DNA of 64,000 nucleotides from Octopus vulgaris (Eukaryota): NCBI GenBank assembly GCA_951406725.2, contig OX597815.1, positions 76,694,001 to 76,758,000 of the forward strand, read 5' to 3'. Shown piece by piece: positions 11,403 to 25,200 of this stretch (position 1 is its first letter; each line of letters starts with the position of its first letter). The notes under the pieces were generated by a model. It saw only the letters and a program-made list of their open reading frames with translations, ran no database searches and was not told where the DNA came from. The position numbers and the translations under genes were made by a program.

Positions 11403-13098
11403 GTAATTTGTAGGAAATGGAAGAGAGTATAATTTAGTTTAAAAATAAACTTTGTTTATCTTAATTTTGAAAAATCAAAGAAGTATAAAAAAAAGCCGCA
11501 TTATCGATGGGACGACCCAATTCTTTTGCCAGAAAAAGCATCTCCTGCCAGTATACGTATCTCCGGTAAAAGTATAACATTTGATAGTACCATCTGTTTA
11601 ACAGATGAGGCATTAACTTAGATTCAATGGTTGAAATAAAAAATTACTATTATTAGAAATATACGAGAATGTGGTTAGTTTTTTAGTAATTCATCGAAGG
11701 AGTTTGTCCGCTTTTTATTTGTGGATGAAGTTCGAATGTTCTTTAGGGGTTTCAAAAATTAATTTGACACCTAAAAAGTTATTTACAATGTGTTAGCTTT
11801 CTGTCTGACAACACTGTCGTAGAATATGGTTCCAAACGTTTTTGGCGCCGTCATTTTGGCTCTGCCAATTAATTTTGTTGATGGTAGTAGAGTGAATATT
11901 TAGTCATTATATAAAGGTAAACTGTAAGCTAATGGTAAACTTTGGTTAAACATGTAGGGCAATATTGCCAGCTAATGACAGCTAACGACGAGCTTGTTTC
12001 AGTTTCCGAGTACCAAATCCACCCAGAAGGCTGTGGTCTGCTAAAGACTATAGTAGAAGACACTTGCCAAGACACCACGCTAGAGTGAATGCAGAGTGTA
12101 TCAGAAAGCACACATCTGCATGCACTGCAATCCAAGAGATGAGAGACAGAAGTGCGTGGGTTAAAAAGGGGGAGATTGGGGAGAACAGGGTCTATCTTAT
12201 GAGATTATCTGTTTGAGTGTAATGGAAGCATTGTTAGAACTGGTGACATTGTTGGTCTGAAGTGATCGAGAGTGTCTTAACACACATAGTGTATAAGTAC
12301 ACTGAAATAAAACTGGATGAATGGAGAGGGATAATATTAACGTGGTTTTGATACGTGTAACATTAAGTTGATGAAGTACCCAACAGTAAACATAGAGAAT
12401 TTCATATCTGCAGTTCTGCTTAGACAGCTGACTTAGTTGAGAAATGCTGAGTATATTGGTAGCTATCATTCTGGTAATGGAACAGAAAAATTAGCTGTAA
12501 TTTGAGGACATCACCAGCCAGTAAAAACTAGGGAGGGACCCTCTCTACAATCCGTAAAACAATACACGTTAGATTCTTTTGCTTCACAGATGATAGTATT
12601 GCATGCTTTGCTTCACGGATTCTTTAAACTGAGAAGGAGAGTGTCCATGAGATTTGTATAATTTCCTAGTTTAACGAAATCGGTTCTGTTTATGTTCAGT
12701 TCAGTAGGTTGACAATTGTGTGAACTGTGGGAGTAGAAGGAACTGCCAGGAATTTTAAACTCTCAGAAAGAGTAAAGTATTTAGTGTAGGTTGGAAGAAT
12801 GAGAAACGTTGGAGAAGGGAGAAGTGAGATAGGTTCAAGGGATTATCCAGAGAGGTAGATGTAATCAGAAAAATGACCGGAGAGGTAAAGAGAAGAAATA
12901 GCTAATCTATCAGGTTGTGGTTGTAGTGTAAATGGCGAGTGAGTTATTGTTAGTTAGCCATGTGGCCTTTTATTCATCTGAGAGATTTAGATGTTTGTGT
13001 AAAACTGTTAAAGACGTCTGAGCAGTCTTCATATGTCAGCTGCACTTTCATCCTGTACAAGACAACTGAGTAGGTTAAAGATCTGCATACACACTCGC

Positions 13099-13214
<116 letters not shown>

Positions 13215-14160
13215 AGTAATACGACCGTGCGTAAAGGGTGGTGACAGAAATGTCTCCTTTTAAACGCCGCACGGTCGTCCAACAAAAGAAAATAGCCAGA
13301 TACATGGTATAAAAGAATAAGCGCCAAAAATGAATAAGAAAGACGACACAACCGTTATATTGTTTGGGAGAAGAAAGACTTTATTTACAGAAGTGTACAA
13401 TAAGAGTGTGTGTGAGTGCTAGCAGAGTGGAGTGTCTGTGTGCGTGTGACATGTGTCCGTTGTAAGTATGACAACGGTGCGTGCAACAAGTGTTTATGTC
13501 TGTGTGTTCGTGTGTGTGACAGAAGTACAAACAAGGTGTAAGCATGTGAAACAGAATTCAGTACAGAGCATAGAATGAGTCTCTCAGAGTATTTATGACA
13601 AAATGGAGTTAGTTTACCAGTTCGTAGTAAACTACACAGTAGTTGTAGTTCTGTAAAAGAAGTTGAGGTCACGAGGCAGTACCGGTTACTACACGTCAGA
13701 AGTTGTGGTTATTATGCCGTGCCGGGTTGCTTGATACAGGAATCTCGCAGGCTGACTGGGCTGTTCTCTTCGGTGAATATCACTACAGCGTAAAGTTTAA
13801 ACCTGAGCGAGCGGATGTGTACGTATTGGTGTTGCTGGAGATGAAGGCGACGGAGATGGAGAACGGTGACGGTTGAGAGTGTGGCGTCGGCGCTGCTGGA
13901 GCAGGAACACAGCTGGGTCACTGGAACTGGCTGGTCTGGTCGTCGCTAGAACTGGAACTGGCTGAGTCGCTGGAACATGGTTGAGTCGCTCTGTGGTCAG
14001 ATGTTAGTCCTGAGAAGGACTAGAACCAAAGACAAGAAATCGTGATTTGCTAGCGCCTTTTATAACCTGCTAAAGGCTCCGGTGAAAACCCAAAAAGACT
14101 GTGTCATAGGACCATATCCGAAGGCCCTCTCAAACAGTAAGGCTATCACCGAGCCAGGCT

Positions 14161-14209
<49 letters not shown>

Positions 14210-14214
<5 letters not shown>

Positions 14215-15190
14215 TAATAAATAAAATATATGCATACATACAAACATATATGTACGTAGCTACATGCATATATAAATATATACGTGAGTACAGGACACCA
14301 CAACTAGACGCAGAACTCAACGAGAAACGAAAACGGAAAAACAAGCATGGAACAAACCATTTTTTACAACAGAAAAACAGAGTACAAGACAAACTACACA
14401 AGGAAAAATCCCCTTCATCAGCTGTCTCTAGTTCGACTCTAGCGTGTTTCGAAGGTAAGACAGAACACGACTCCCCGAAACTAGCCCTTCCTGCGAGAGA
14501 ATTAAAATAAAATTACTTCGCAGAGGGGTAAAAACAAGAAAGAAAATAAATAAATAAATAAATAAAATGTAACACAAACAGGACGTAAAAACGATACAAA
14601 TAAAAATTCAAATAAAATACAAGATAGAAATACATGTACAAGAAAATACAAAACGAGAAATAAAAATAAACAAGAAAACAAACGAAAAGGCCTTTTTCTG
14701 GCTTAGACGGAGGAGATTCTGGCAGCGCAAGGGAAAGCAAATGTGTGTTCACAGTTTGAAGGCTGCATGTAAAAAGGAAGTAGTTTTGGCTAGCAGTGAC
14801 AAAGATGAGGAGGAGTGAGAGAGAGAGAGATAGAGGAAGACAAGCGGCTGAGAGAGAGATGAGGAAGAGGGAGAGAGAGAGAGAAGGGAAGGTAAAACAA
14901 AGAGATAAAGAATTTCGCGTCATAATTAATATATAAAACAGTACTTGGAGAAGAAGAAGGACGGAACGAAACGAACGAATCGAATCTAATCGACGCGAGG
15001 GCGCTGTCAAACAATAGTGTAATAAATAAAATATATGCATACATACAAACATATATGTACGTACCTACATCTACATGTACATATACATGCATATATAAAT
15101 ATATACGTGAGTACAGGACACCACAACTAGACGTAGAACTCAACGAGAAACGAAAACGGAAAAACAAGCATGGAACAAACCATTTTTTTT
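14210..15190. repeat. Direct repeats of about 165 bp (14210-14370 and 15015-15190) flanking A/AG-rich DNA; probable retroelement terminal repeat remnant
   Basis: TAGTGTAATAAATAAAATATATGCATAC...CAAGCATGGAACAAACCATTTTT occurs twice. The origin is inferred. Confidence 0.7.
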
Positions 15191-16234
15191 ACAACGCAGG
15201 AAGTTGTCGAGAAGCTTGAAAAAGTGGTAATCGGTAGGAGAGAGGTCTGGTGAGTATGGTGGATGAGGCAGAGTTTCGTAGCCCAATTCTTTCAACTCCT
15301 GCGGGGTCAGTTGTGAGATATGCGCTGAGTGTTGTCGTGGAGAAGAATTGGTCCTTTTCTAGTGACCAATGCTGGCTGTTGTTGTCGGAGTTTCTTATGC
15401 ATTTCATCCATTTGCTGACAGTACTTCTCCGCCGTAATGGTTTCGCCTGGATCCAAAAAGCTGTGATTGATGAGACCAGACGCATACTACCACCAAACAG
15501 TCAACATGCCTTCTTTTGGTGCAACTTTGGCTACGGGAAGCGCCGTGGAGGTTCGTCGACGTCCAACCACTGAGCTGAGCATCGCTCATTGTCGTAAAGA
15601 ATCTATTTTCATCGCAAGTCACAATCCGGTCGAGAAACTGGTCGTTCTTGTTGCGTAAAAGGAGGAAAGACGACACTTCAAAACGGCATTTTTTTTTTTT
15701 TTGGTTGTCGTTCAATTCGTGCGGCAGCCATTTCTCAAGTATTTTTGTTTTTCTAATCTCTTTCAAGCGGTTGCAAACTGTTATGTACGTTACGTCTAAT
15801 TCAGAAGCAAGCTCTCGAACAGTTGTGCGTGGATTGGCTTCGACTAAGGATCTTAGTTGATCGTTGTCAACATCTGATGGCCGACCACTGCACTTATCAT
15901 CTTCAAGACTCGTGACCGGTTCGAAATTTCTTGAACCACCATTGCGCTGTACATTCATTAGTGGTTTCTGGGCCAAACGCATCGTTGATATCGCTAGCTG
16001 TTTCAGCAGCTTTTCGGCCTAGCTTGAGCTGGAATAAGAAAATTGTGTGAATTTGCATTTTGTCCATGTTGTATTCAACGTACCGGAAAAATTGCCTAAT
16101 TATTCAGAGAGAGCGAAAAACCTGCTTTAAAATGATACATAAAGTCAAAGTAATTTAACGAAAATTAACTTGAAAATACATAATTTAAAACGAAAATTAA
16201 AAATTCCGCAAGAACTTTCTTGACAACCTAATAT
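15190..16234 (-). mobile_element. Degenerate, 3'-truncated mariner transposon
   Basis: ORF 15404-15982: LEDDKCSGRPS, NPRTTVRELA, WLPHEL, FLDRIVTCDE. TIR-like TATTAGGTTGTCAAGAAAGTTC on the minus strand at about 16234. Confidence 0.9.
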
Positions 16235-17978
16235 TTTAACGAAGTTCAATACATATCTTTTAAGCATATTAATAAACCTTTGCCAGGAGTAGAATAGGAA
16301 TAGTGGAAACATTGTGTTATCAGATACATTAAGGAGCAATATAAGTTTTTGCCTTACAAAAATATATCTGTTTGGGAAGACATTCTAAATGGTATAGTAT
16401 AAGCAAAAACTTCTGATCGATTAAAGTAAGTTTCTTTTAATGTTAATATTCTTGGCAAATAATGAAGAGAGGGACTCTTGTAGAAATCACCCAGCGAAAG
16501 GAGTCGCTGAGCTGCAAATGGTTGTGAAACATTTATCTAGAATGTGTGTATAACCAGCAACTTCAACGTCAAAGTACTGTTATACGAGTGTAGTTGTTGC
16601 TTCATAGAATATAGTAGGACCAAATGTAAAAGGCATTCATAGATCTGGAGCAATGTAGAAGATGGAGATGTAGCCATGCTATAATATAAATGTTAGGATT
16701 TGAGTTGTGAAGATGAAAACAGATTCCTGTAATATTCTATGGTTTTAGAATTACTTTTGTTTATATTTGAATAATTTTTATTACAAGGATGATTATAATT
16801 TTCGGAAATGAACTTCACTGTTCAGGAATATTTCAAGGTCGTTTGGAAATACATAAAGATTTTCAATCTCTGGTTTTCATCTCTTTTAATTATATTGTTT
16901 CAATAAAAAATCACACCGACTAAAAGATGATATCGATCTATTAATGGTTGTCCTTATTCTTCGTGATGAGCAATTATATTCCTATTTTAAGATCTGTTCA
17001 TCTAACTAGAAATTTATATTCTTTGTACTAAACTGAATGCTTTATTTTCGATCAGACAGATGGACTAGAGTTTGCGAGTGCTCGATTACGCCAGAGGTGA
17101 GGAAAAACAGACACAGAATAATTAAGACAGCACTCATTGCCGAAGAGTGATCTTTTCTTGACGTTCCTGGATGAATGTATAGAGAATATGCCCAATCTAT
17201 TCATTCGGTACTATTAGAAAACACCATTTCCGATGAAAGGTACTGTCCCCAAAAGTTACACCTCTCTTTTTCCTCGTGGCAAAATAAATATATTACATTT
17301 TAACAGTTTTATCTTCAGAATATACTCTTGCACAATGAAAAGCAATGTTAAATTGAATTACATGAGTTAGCTTATTGTCTTTATAAATACTTTTAATAAT
17401 TTTACATTTTTACAATATATAAAATTTGTTTTGTGCTCACAGATATAGATATAAAACAAGATTCTATGACGTTTATATTTATCTCCTAAACATAAACAGC
17501 ATTAAAGAAAAAAGTTAAAATAATAACCTGAACAGGACTTTGGCATTTGACTCATCAATGTTGAAAATATATTGTAGATATAATAAATTCCTACAATTAT
17601 TTACACTTCTCTGCTCTATGAAAATAAAATGTTGGCAGAAAACAATACTGATCTTTTAAATAAATACAAATCAAATTTGATGTGCTTTCATATTTTATTT
17701 CAACATATATTGGCTACAGGTTTCAGTCCGTTGATGTTAAAATATCCTGAAAAAGAAGGAAAACAAAAGCAATGAGATTTTTACTGTCTCTCTCCCCTCA
17801 TAACTGCCTCAACTTTCTTTAGACTCTGTATTTGTGTCTGTGTGTGTGTGTGTTTGTGTGTGCGCGTATTTGTGTCTGTTTTGTATGTGTATTTGCGTGT
17901 ATTTGTGTTTGTGTAAGACAGAGAGCATATTTGTGTACTTGTGTGAGTGTGTGTGAATGTATGTGTGCATGTGTGTGT

Positions 17979-18024
<46 letters not shown>

Positions 18025-18402
18025 GTGTGTGTGTGTGTATGTGTGTGTTTATGTGTGTGTGTGTGTTTGTGTGTGTTGTGTGCAGTGTATATCGGTCTGG
18101 GTTATTCAAAATAGTCATGTACAGCACAGCGCGGAGCGAAACTCTTCATGTAACAAACCTAAGTAATAGAAACATTCCACAGTGGTCTGCCATGATGTAA
18201 AATACAAATACCAAATTATTAGAAAGAGAATTCAAGAATCTCTGTGCACTTATTTATATCAGCTTTGAATCTAAACCTTAAATTAAAACATAAATCCACA
18301 ATAAGTTTCATTGGATACGTTACCTGGTAAAGATTTTCAAATGACTCAATTATATTTCAAAAAGCTGGGGACTTCGCTTTACCTGAAGCATCATGTTCCA
18401 TG

Positions 18403-18669
18403 TTACTTTCCGTGGTGTCCGCCGGATTGATCATGCACGTGATGTCTTGCTATGTGTATAGCATATCTTTTTGAAGATAGAACATATCCAGTGTCTCCAT
18501 CACCTGCAACTCCAGATACACCACCAGACATAATGTCGCTTCGTTTTTCTAGAGAGGAAGCATCATCAGCACCTTCAGCATCTCTATTCAAAATTTCACT
18601 TCTTGCAAAACGACTCTGCAGTAGTCCGACCAGGAGGACTGCATAAATCAAACAAACAATTCTGCTCAT
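18403..18669 (-). CDS. Unrecognised secreted prepropeptide P1 (88 aa): signal peptide, acidic pro-region, KR, Gly/Asp-rich peptide, KR, His-rich peptide ending GK
   Basis: aacATG at 18669 (alternative in-frame ATG at 18678). MSRIVCLIYAVLLVGLLQSRFA-RSEILNRDAEGADDASSLE-KR-SDIMSGGVSGVAGDGDTGYVLSS-KR-YAIHIARHHVHDQSGGHH-GK*. TATA upstream, splice donors at 18383 and 18324, downstream acceptor at about 17746 with AATAAA; paralogs at 44.4 and 63 kb. Confidence 0.8.
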   Translation of the reverse strand: MSRIVCLIYAVLLVGLLQSRFARSEILNRDAEGADDASSLEKRSDIMSGGVSGVAGDGDTGYVLSSKRYAIHIARHHVHDQSGGHHGK

Positions 18670-18718
18670 GTTAAACATTTCGATGGAGAAATGACTTGTT
18701 GTTGTCTGTTTCATCTCA

Positions 18719-18726
18719 CTTTTATA
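18719..18726 (-). promoter_or_regulatory. Putative TATA box of P1
   Basis: GATATAAAATGATATAAAAG on the minus strand, about 30-35 nt upstream of an Inr-like TCATTT. The TATA motif is conserved in all three paralogs. Confidence 0.55.
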
Positions 18727-21700
18727 TCATTTTATATCATTGATTCTGTCATTCGTCTGCAACATTCCCAAGTCGAACGTGTGTTTGACTGCAGTTTTAG
18801 TAATCCTTTGCTACACCATCGTGCATCAGTAAGCAATGTCAAACCAGCTTATATTGCATATATTGTTGATACATCTGCTGATCCCAGATTAAGTGTATTA
18901 CAACCAAATCTAATTTAATATATTATTTCGATCATAGGATATGTTATTTAGATCATAAGTGTGTGATGGATTATATTGCTATCCTTCGATGTATCTGTCT
19001 ATATTAGGAGAAGGCCAGTCAAAGAAGTTTATGATCAATATTTTCTCATTCTTAAAAGATATTTAGAAATATATTACACCACCCAAAATCATTGGCGCGT
19101 GTTCTGATGGTTGTGCTCTTTGGCTCATGATCACAATGTGGCGAGCTCGATTTCTGGATAGGACAGACGAGTGTGTCCTGAAGGAAAATACTTCATTTCC
19201 CATTGTTCTAGTTTGCTGTACTGACTATGATTTAGGTTCTGGTGCAGCCGTCTCCTCTTCCATCTGTCACACAACTGATGCACGGCCAAAGGCTTATCTA
19301 TGCCTGTTTTCAACTATATAATACCTGTAATATTTCTCAAAACCAGAGTATATGTTATCAATCCCATTTCCATTTGTGAATGACGACTAGCTATGCTAGA
19401 AATGGCAACGGTAGCTAAATATTTTGATAGGGGGAAAACTTTACCTATCATATAGCCAATAGATACTATTAAAAATACGACCATTTCAATTGCAGCGATG
19501 TCATCACAACCCAAATCCCTATTTAATAAAATGGTACGACAAACTATATATAATATTTTATATCTATGTTACATTTATTTTCTTCTATTTAAATTCATTT
19601 AAATTCATATTACCCTTGGTCTAATTTGAGTGAAATGCAGGGCTTTGGATATGAAAAGTTTATACACGTTAATACATCTTCAATACAAGGTAATAAATAT
19701 AAAATAAACAAGTAAACTTCCGAGTACGTGGCTTGATGTTGATTCTTAGTTGAAATCATTTTACTTTATTTACTAAGGAGAAGGAAAGAATCTGAGAGAG
19801 TTTGTACAAGGTATTAGGTTGGATTATTCATTATATATTCTTGATGCAATTTACCAACAAAAGTTCAATCCTGTGTGTTATTGTAATATAATATTATTCA
19901 GCCTTACTTAATGGAACACAGGCACGACTTCTAGATTAATAACGCTAGAGAACAAGGTCACCTGTGTGTCTAACGGGAGCACTGTCCTAGATGTAGTAGC
20001 AATAGTCCATTACAATTTTTTCTATAAACCATAGTAGCTGGAAGAAAAGTATTTCGAGGGTCTGAAGAAGAAGGGTATGGGTAAATGGATGGAATGGGAA
20101 GTGTGATGCTGACCAATGTGCAGGTAGAAAAGATACAAGTTGGCTAGTCAATTACTGACTATAGCGGGAAATTAATAGTTGTTCATGTAGGAATTAGTAA
20201 TCAGGAATACCATATTTTTGTAAAGGACTATAAACATCATGACACATGGCCTGAAGAACTAAAGTCGCTGGCAACAAGTTTTATTTATCCGTTCTTATTT
20301 CATTGGACTTTCAATCATTCTTAAACAAACAACAAAACACCCACCGTTTTCTCATAGACATACGGTGAAAAATTTGAACTTTATGTAGTATATGACGTTT
20401 TGGAGAGTACAAGCAAAACAGTGTGTGGCATACAAAATCGAATGGGGCCGTGTAGGGTAGTAATTCAATGTACGAGGGTTGACGAATTGAAAAGTTAGCA
20501 GCAGCAAGCAAAAAATCTAGACTGGATATAAGAAAGATTGAAACAATAGTGGACCAGAGGTCACTGATATTGTGACCGGAACTGAAGGAAGTGAGGGGAG
20601 GGTTCAAGAGAGATATTAAAAGTAGCAGAGTTAGATTGAGGAAGATGGAATTCGTGATTGTAGGTTCTGTGTGAGATAGAAGTTGAAGGAATGAAATATG
20701 ATCGGTGATGGTACAGGCACGGGATAACAGTGCTAGTGTTGAATATAACTATGTTGAAGCTAAAACGTTTTCCACTTTGTGATACTTAACCTTGAAGTTA
20801 TTGACCTAAGCATAGGTGTGGAGGAGATTAAAGAAATGTGGTAATTGATTTGATGTGAGTAGGGCAGAACAAGACAAAATAGATGTAGGCGTGAGAGTCA
20901 GTGTTTGTACCCTCCACCATTGCTTGACAACTGATGTTGCTGTGTTAACATTCCTGTAACTTAGCGGTTTGGTAAAAGACACTGACAGAATGAGTTCTAG
21001 GCTTACAAAGAATAAATCCTGTAGCCGATTTCTTCGACCAATGGCGGTGCTCCAGAATGTGGTTTTGCAATTTTAATTTCCGACTTTCAATTAGTTTTAT
21101 ATTACAAAATTTTTTGAGTAACTTTATGTTTAGAGTGGTTCTTAGACAGACCAACGATTCCTAACTGGGAGCCATATGCGTGCGGCACATGCTTAAAACT
21201 ACATGAAATATGGAGAATATTTGAAGATATGTCAAGTAATTATCTATCAGGCATAAAGCATAAGATCACAATCTTACGGACCTTGATTTTAATTTCATTT
21301 TCTTCTTTTTTTTTTGCGAATTTCAAGAACATCAATGGTGAATATTACAATGTACAAGACAATTTAATGGTACTGTATTATACAATATGTAATCAATCAA
21401 GTACACATTAAACAAAATCAGTCGTTAACTAAGCGAAGTAAATACATTATATAATGAGATTTAATACATTGGTTTATTTAGACTTGGAACATAGCAGTTA
21501 TATCTTTATTGCTATACATGTCCATGTGAAATGAAACTAAAGTCGAAATTTCAAATAGATACCTATATAGATGATATATGTCCAATGTGATACGAAGGAA
21601 GATGGAGCTGAGAAACACGTGGTTATGAAGTAAAACTCATGTATCTATCACAAAAGGTCTACATAGTTCTGTTCAAACTTTCTTAAGTAAACCAATAATT

Positions 21701-23624
21701 ATAAATAAATGGTAACGGATATTTTAATCATAAATTAATTAAATATAATCTTAAATTATGATAGGATGTTTTTCGTATTCGTAGAGTAAAGATCGATAAA
21801 ATATAAGCATTTTCATTATTATTGATTTTTCATTATGTGTTTAAGAACTGTAGAATAAGAGTTAATTTTTCTTTGACTCTAATTAAGAGTTTGGTTCGAG
21901 TTGCTAATATTTGACTTAAGTTAAAGTACTAATGATTTTATGAAGGTTAATAACACCCAGGTATCTTCTATATTTTTATTTTCTATAAACCAAAACGAAG
22001 GAAAACCGCAATGCAATCGATTGAAAAAGGACGTGATTGTCACCATGATAGATCGTTAGGACGCCATGATAGATCGTTAGCTCCTACACGCATTTTTTTC
22101 TCTCCTTTTTTTTTCTCTTCTTGGTTTTTTCTGTGTATCTTTCTGTCGAAGAGCGTAGGCTCGAAACGTAAAAGACTTGTTCTATTTCTATTCCTGAGCG
22201 CCATACTAATACATTTGTTTGTTTGTACTCCACCTTTTGTTTATTTTCGTCTTTTGTTTATTTTCGTAAACCTTCCCGTTGCTTCTGTCCTCGCCTTCCA
22301 CCCTCCTTGGTCCCCTCTCTCTCTGTCCCTCTTTTCCTCTCTCTTACCCCCTTCTCTCTCTTACCCTCTTGCGACTTGCTGCCTCAGCCATTCTGTTGCC
22401 ATCACCGCTTGTTCAACATGTGTCTCATCACCGAAAAGATAATTATTTTTCCACGCTTGCTGATATTGTTTTTGTGTCTCCTTTTGTCTCAAAGCCGTAG
22501 GGCGCCTGTATCATCCATGTTTTTAACCGTTACTGTCTCCCAAAAAGTTTTTTTCGTTTCATGTTCGTCTCTGTTGCGTTGCATTCTTTCCTTCTGTGGC
22601 TGGCCGATTCAGAGCGGATCTCAGAATTAAACAGCTGAAATCTGCGATGAGGAATCGGTTTCTGACTGAAGAACGAAGGCTTTGAATGACCCGTTTGTCT
22701 TTTATGTTCGTCCCTTCGTATATTTCACGTTATTTATTTATGTAAAGGTTTATGATATATATATATATATATAAGTTTAACAATTAAGGATAACTTCTTA
22801 ATAAGGGATCTTAACAAGAAATTATCAGGTAGTTAGCGTGAAAACCTCATAAAAGAAAAGAATTCGAAAATAATTTTTTTCTTTTGAACAAATTAATTAT
22901 ATCTATATTGTATAGAGGGCATTGATACACATAAATGCCTCACACTAAGAGGGACAAAGTCATTACTACCAAAATTACACTAATCATACCTAAATGCAGT
23001 TCCTCAAAGCAAGACATTTAAAAAATGAATTTAGTTCTATATATACGCATATATCTTAGCTAATAAACCGTAAGATATCCATTAATTTACTGCTTTTGTA
23101 CACACCTACCGAGAAGAAGTCTCGCAGAACAGGCGTTATGTTACTGAGATACATCTTGTAATCACCTGAGGAAATACATCTACATCGATATAATACCTAA
23201 ACCAGCTGTTCAGTATCCAACCCGCGAAGGATAGACTTCAAACCACATGGTTCCGGGTTTGTATGTGTGTGTGCATGTGTGTGTGCATGTGTGTGTGTGA
23301 GTGTATGTGTGTGTGCGTGCGTGTGTGTGTGTGTGTATGCTTGCACGTGTGCGATTCATTCGTCTAAAACTTTTTTAACGTGGCGTCCCAGCATGGCTAC
23401 AGTTTAATGAATGAAACAAGTAAAAGATAAAAGAAATAGTATTCATATTTTTTCGTTTAATTAATTTTTGGTATTTTTCAGTTTATGGGATTAGTGTCTC
23501 ATAAATTGATAGGGAAAACACAGGAAGGAACAAATGAGTGACAAATGAGTTCTGTTCAGACCAAAAGCCTAGTCGGAAAGTGAGTAACAGAATGAACTCC
23601 AGTGTAGTATCCCAAGTACTATCT

Positions 23625-23840
23625 ATTTCTTTTTACTACCCACAGAGAGAACAAACAAGGACAGACAAACGGATTAAGTCGATTATATCGACCCCAGTGC
23701 GTAACTGGTACTTAACTTATCGACCCCGAAAGGATGAAAGGCAAAGTCGACCTCGGCGGAATTTGAATTCAGAACGTAGCGGCAGACGAAGTACTGCTAA
23801 GAATTTCGCCCGGCGTGCTAAGGATTCTGCCAGCTCAACA
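23625..23840 (-). mobile_element. Second octopus SINE family copy (OR2-like)
   Basis: CGACCCCAGTGCGTAACTGGTAC...GAAAGGATGAAAGGCAAAGTCGACCTCGGCGGAATTTGAA...CTGCCAGCTC; related copies at about 5600, 6205, 25230, 34140 and 43930. Confidence 0.8.
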
Positions 23841-24534
23841 CTTAACAACAACAACAGCAATAATAACAATGACAATAATAGCAAATGAATGTCGGGAGTT
23901 CTACGACACGGATTAACACATGGCGTAGGTTTTGCATTCCTGGGTTACAACGAAGTATTTCAGACGCTGCAACAAAGACAGAAATACGGCTACACATTTC
24001 GCCCGGCGTGCTAACGTTTCTGCCAGCTCGCCGCCTTCCAAAGTACAATCTGGTAGAGAGACTAACCGAATGACATATTAAGCTCACAACCCAAGAACAA
24101 GTATAATGAATCCGACGCTATTCCGTGAAGTTCATGATTACACAATTCCGTTTATATTGTTTTGACTGATTAGACACTATAGCAGAAGATAGTAGCTGCT
24201 CAGAGGTATCGAACTTGAAGAAATAAAATGAAGAGTACGCCTTAACAACACTGCATATGTTATTGAAATTTCTTGAAATACTTAACAAGGACAGCAAGGG
24301 TGAATTTTTGCCAGGTGTGCATGCTTAAGAAAATAATCAATAATAAATAAATAAATAAATAAATTGTGGAAAAGTAAAAAAGTCAGTGATTTGATTTAAC
24401 TGATTATCGTAAGTAAAGAATAGAAGGAATAATAATGCATTGCACGTGCACGATTGTAGAGGGGCCGTGTGTAACTTTGAATTAGCTTACTTAGCTAATG
24501 GAAATGTAAAAGAAAAAGTTAATCTTTATAATAG

Positions 24535-25200
24535 TACGAGAAGGTACCCAACAGTAAAAGGAAGCGTTCTCCGAGGGACAAGCTCGTTGTAGTTCAGGCT
24601 TCTGCCACTAGAAGCCACTTTATGCAACTATCAGACATCAGTCTGCCGAGTGAGGTCGTACTGCCACGAGGTGCGTATTTGCTTGGAAGTGCTTCTCCCC
24701 TGTTCGTCGATTTTTGCAATGGCTGAAACGAAGGAACAGCGCTAGTCTGTGAATTCTGTTTGATGCTAGAGAAAACGGCGAGTGAAACAGTTGTATTTGT
24801 TCAAACAACTTATAAGGACTCTGCCATGAGCAAAACACAAGTTTACGAGTGGTTTCCACGCTTTAGGATTGGTCACATGTCGCTTGCAGACAAACCTCAT
24901 TCGAACGAATGAAACCTCGAACGAATGAAAACATCATGAAAATTCATGAACTGATCTTGGGAGACCGTCACAATTGACGAACTTGTTGATATGACTGGTG
25001 TGTCCGGGAGCTCCTGCCAACGAATTTTGAGCAAGGACTTGCGAATGAAAAGAGTTGCAACAAAAATTTTCCTCTTGCTCACGGAAGATCAAATGCAGTG
25101 CCGAATGAATGCGTGTCGTGATTTGACAAAACAGTTGCTCTGGTTTTAATTTCGAAGGTCATCACTGGTGACGAAAGCCGGTGCTACGGAATTTGCAGAT
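24535..25200 (+). mobile_element. Mariner transposon remnant
   Basis: Decayed transposase 5' region (EQRASL..F, MSKTQVYEWFPRF, KVITGDES). Confidence 0.7.

Larger units (their letters stand above)
16300..19490 (-). repeat. Duplicated block carrying secreted-peptide gene P1; direct paralog of about 58960-64000
   Basis: Colinear similarity: 16321-17860 with 58972-60690, 18195-18350 with 62250-62410, and 18630-19490 with 63141-64000 (compare ORFs 19127-19321 and 63632-63832). Confidence 0.9.

Noticed and set aside
23482-23541. Acceptor-like site followed by FMGLVSHK..., resembling an FxGLM motif
   Set aside because: No Met-Gly-basic amidation signal, no signal-peptide exon, and part of it recurs as a short repeat at about 35840; most likely chance.
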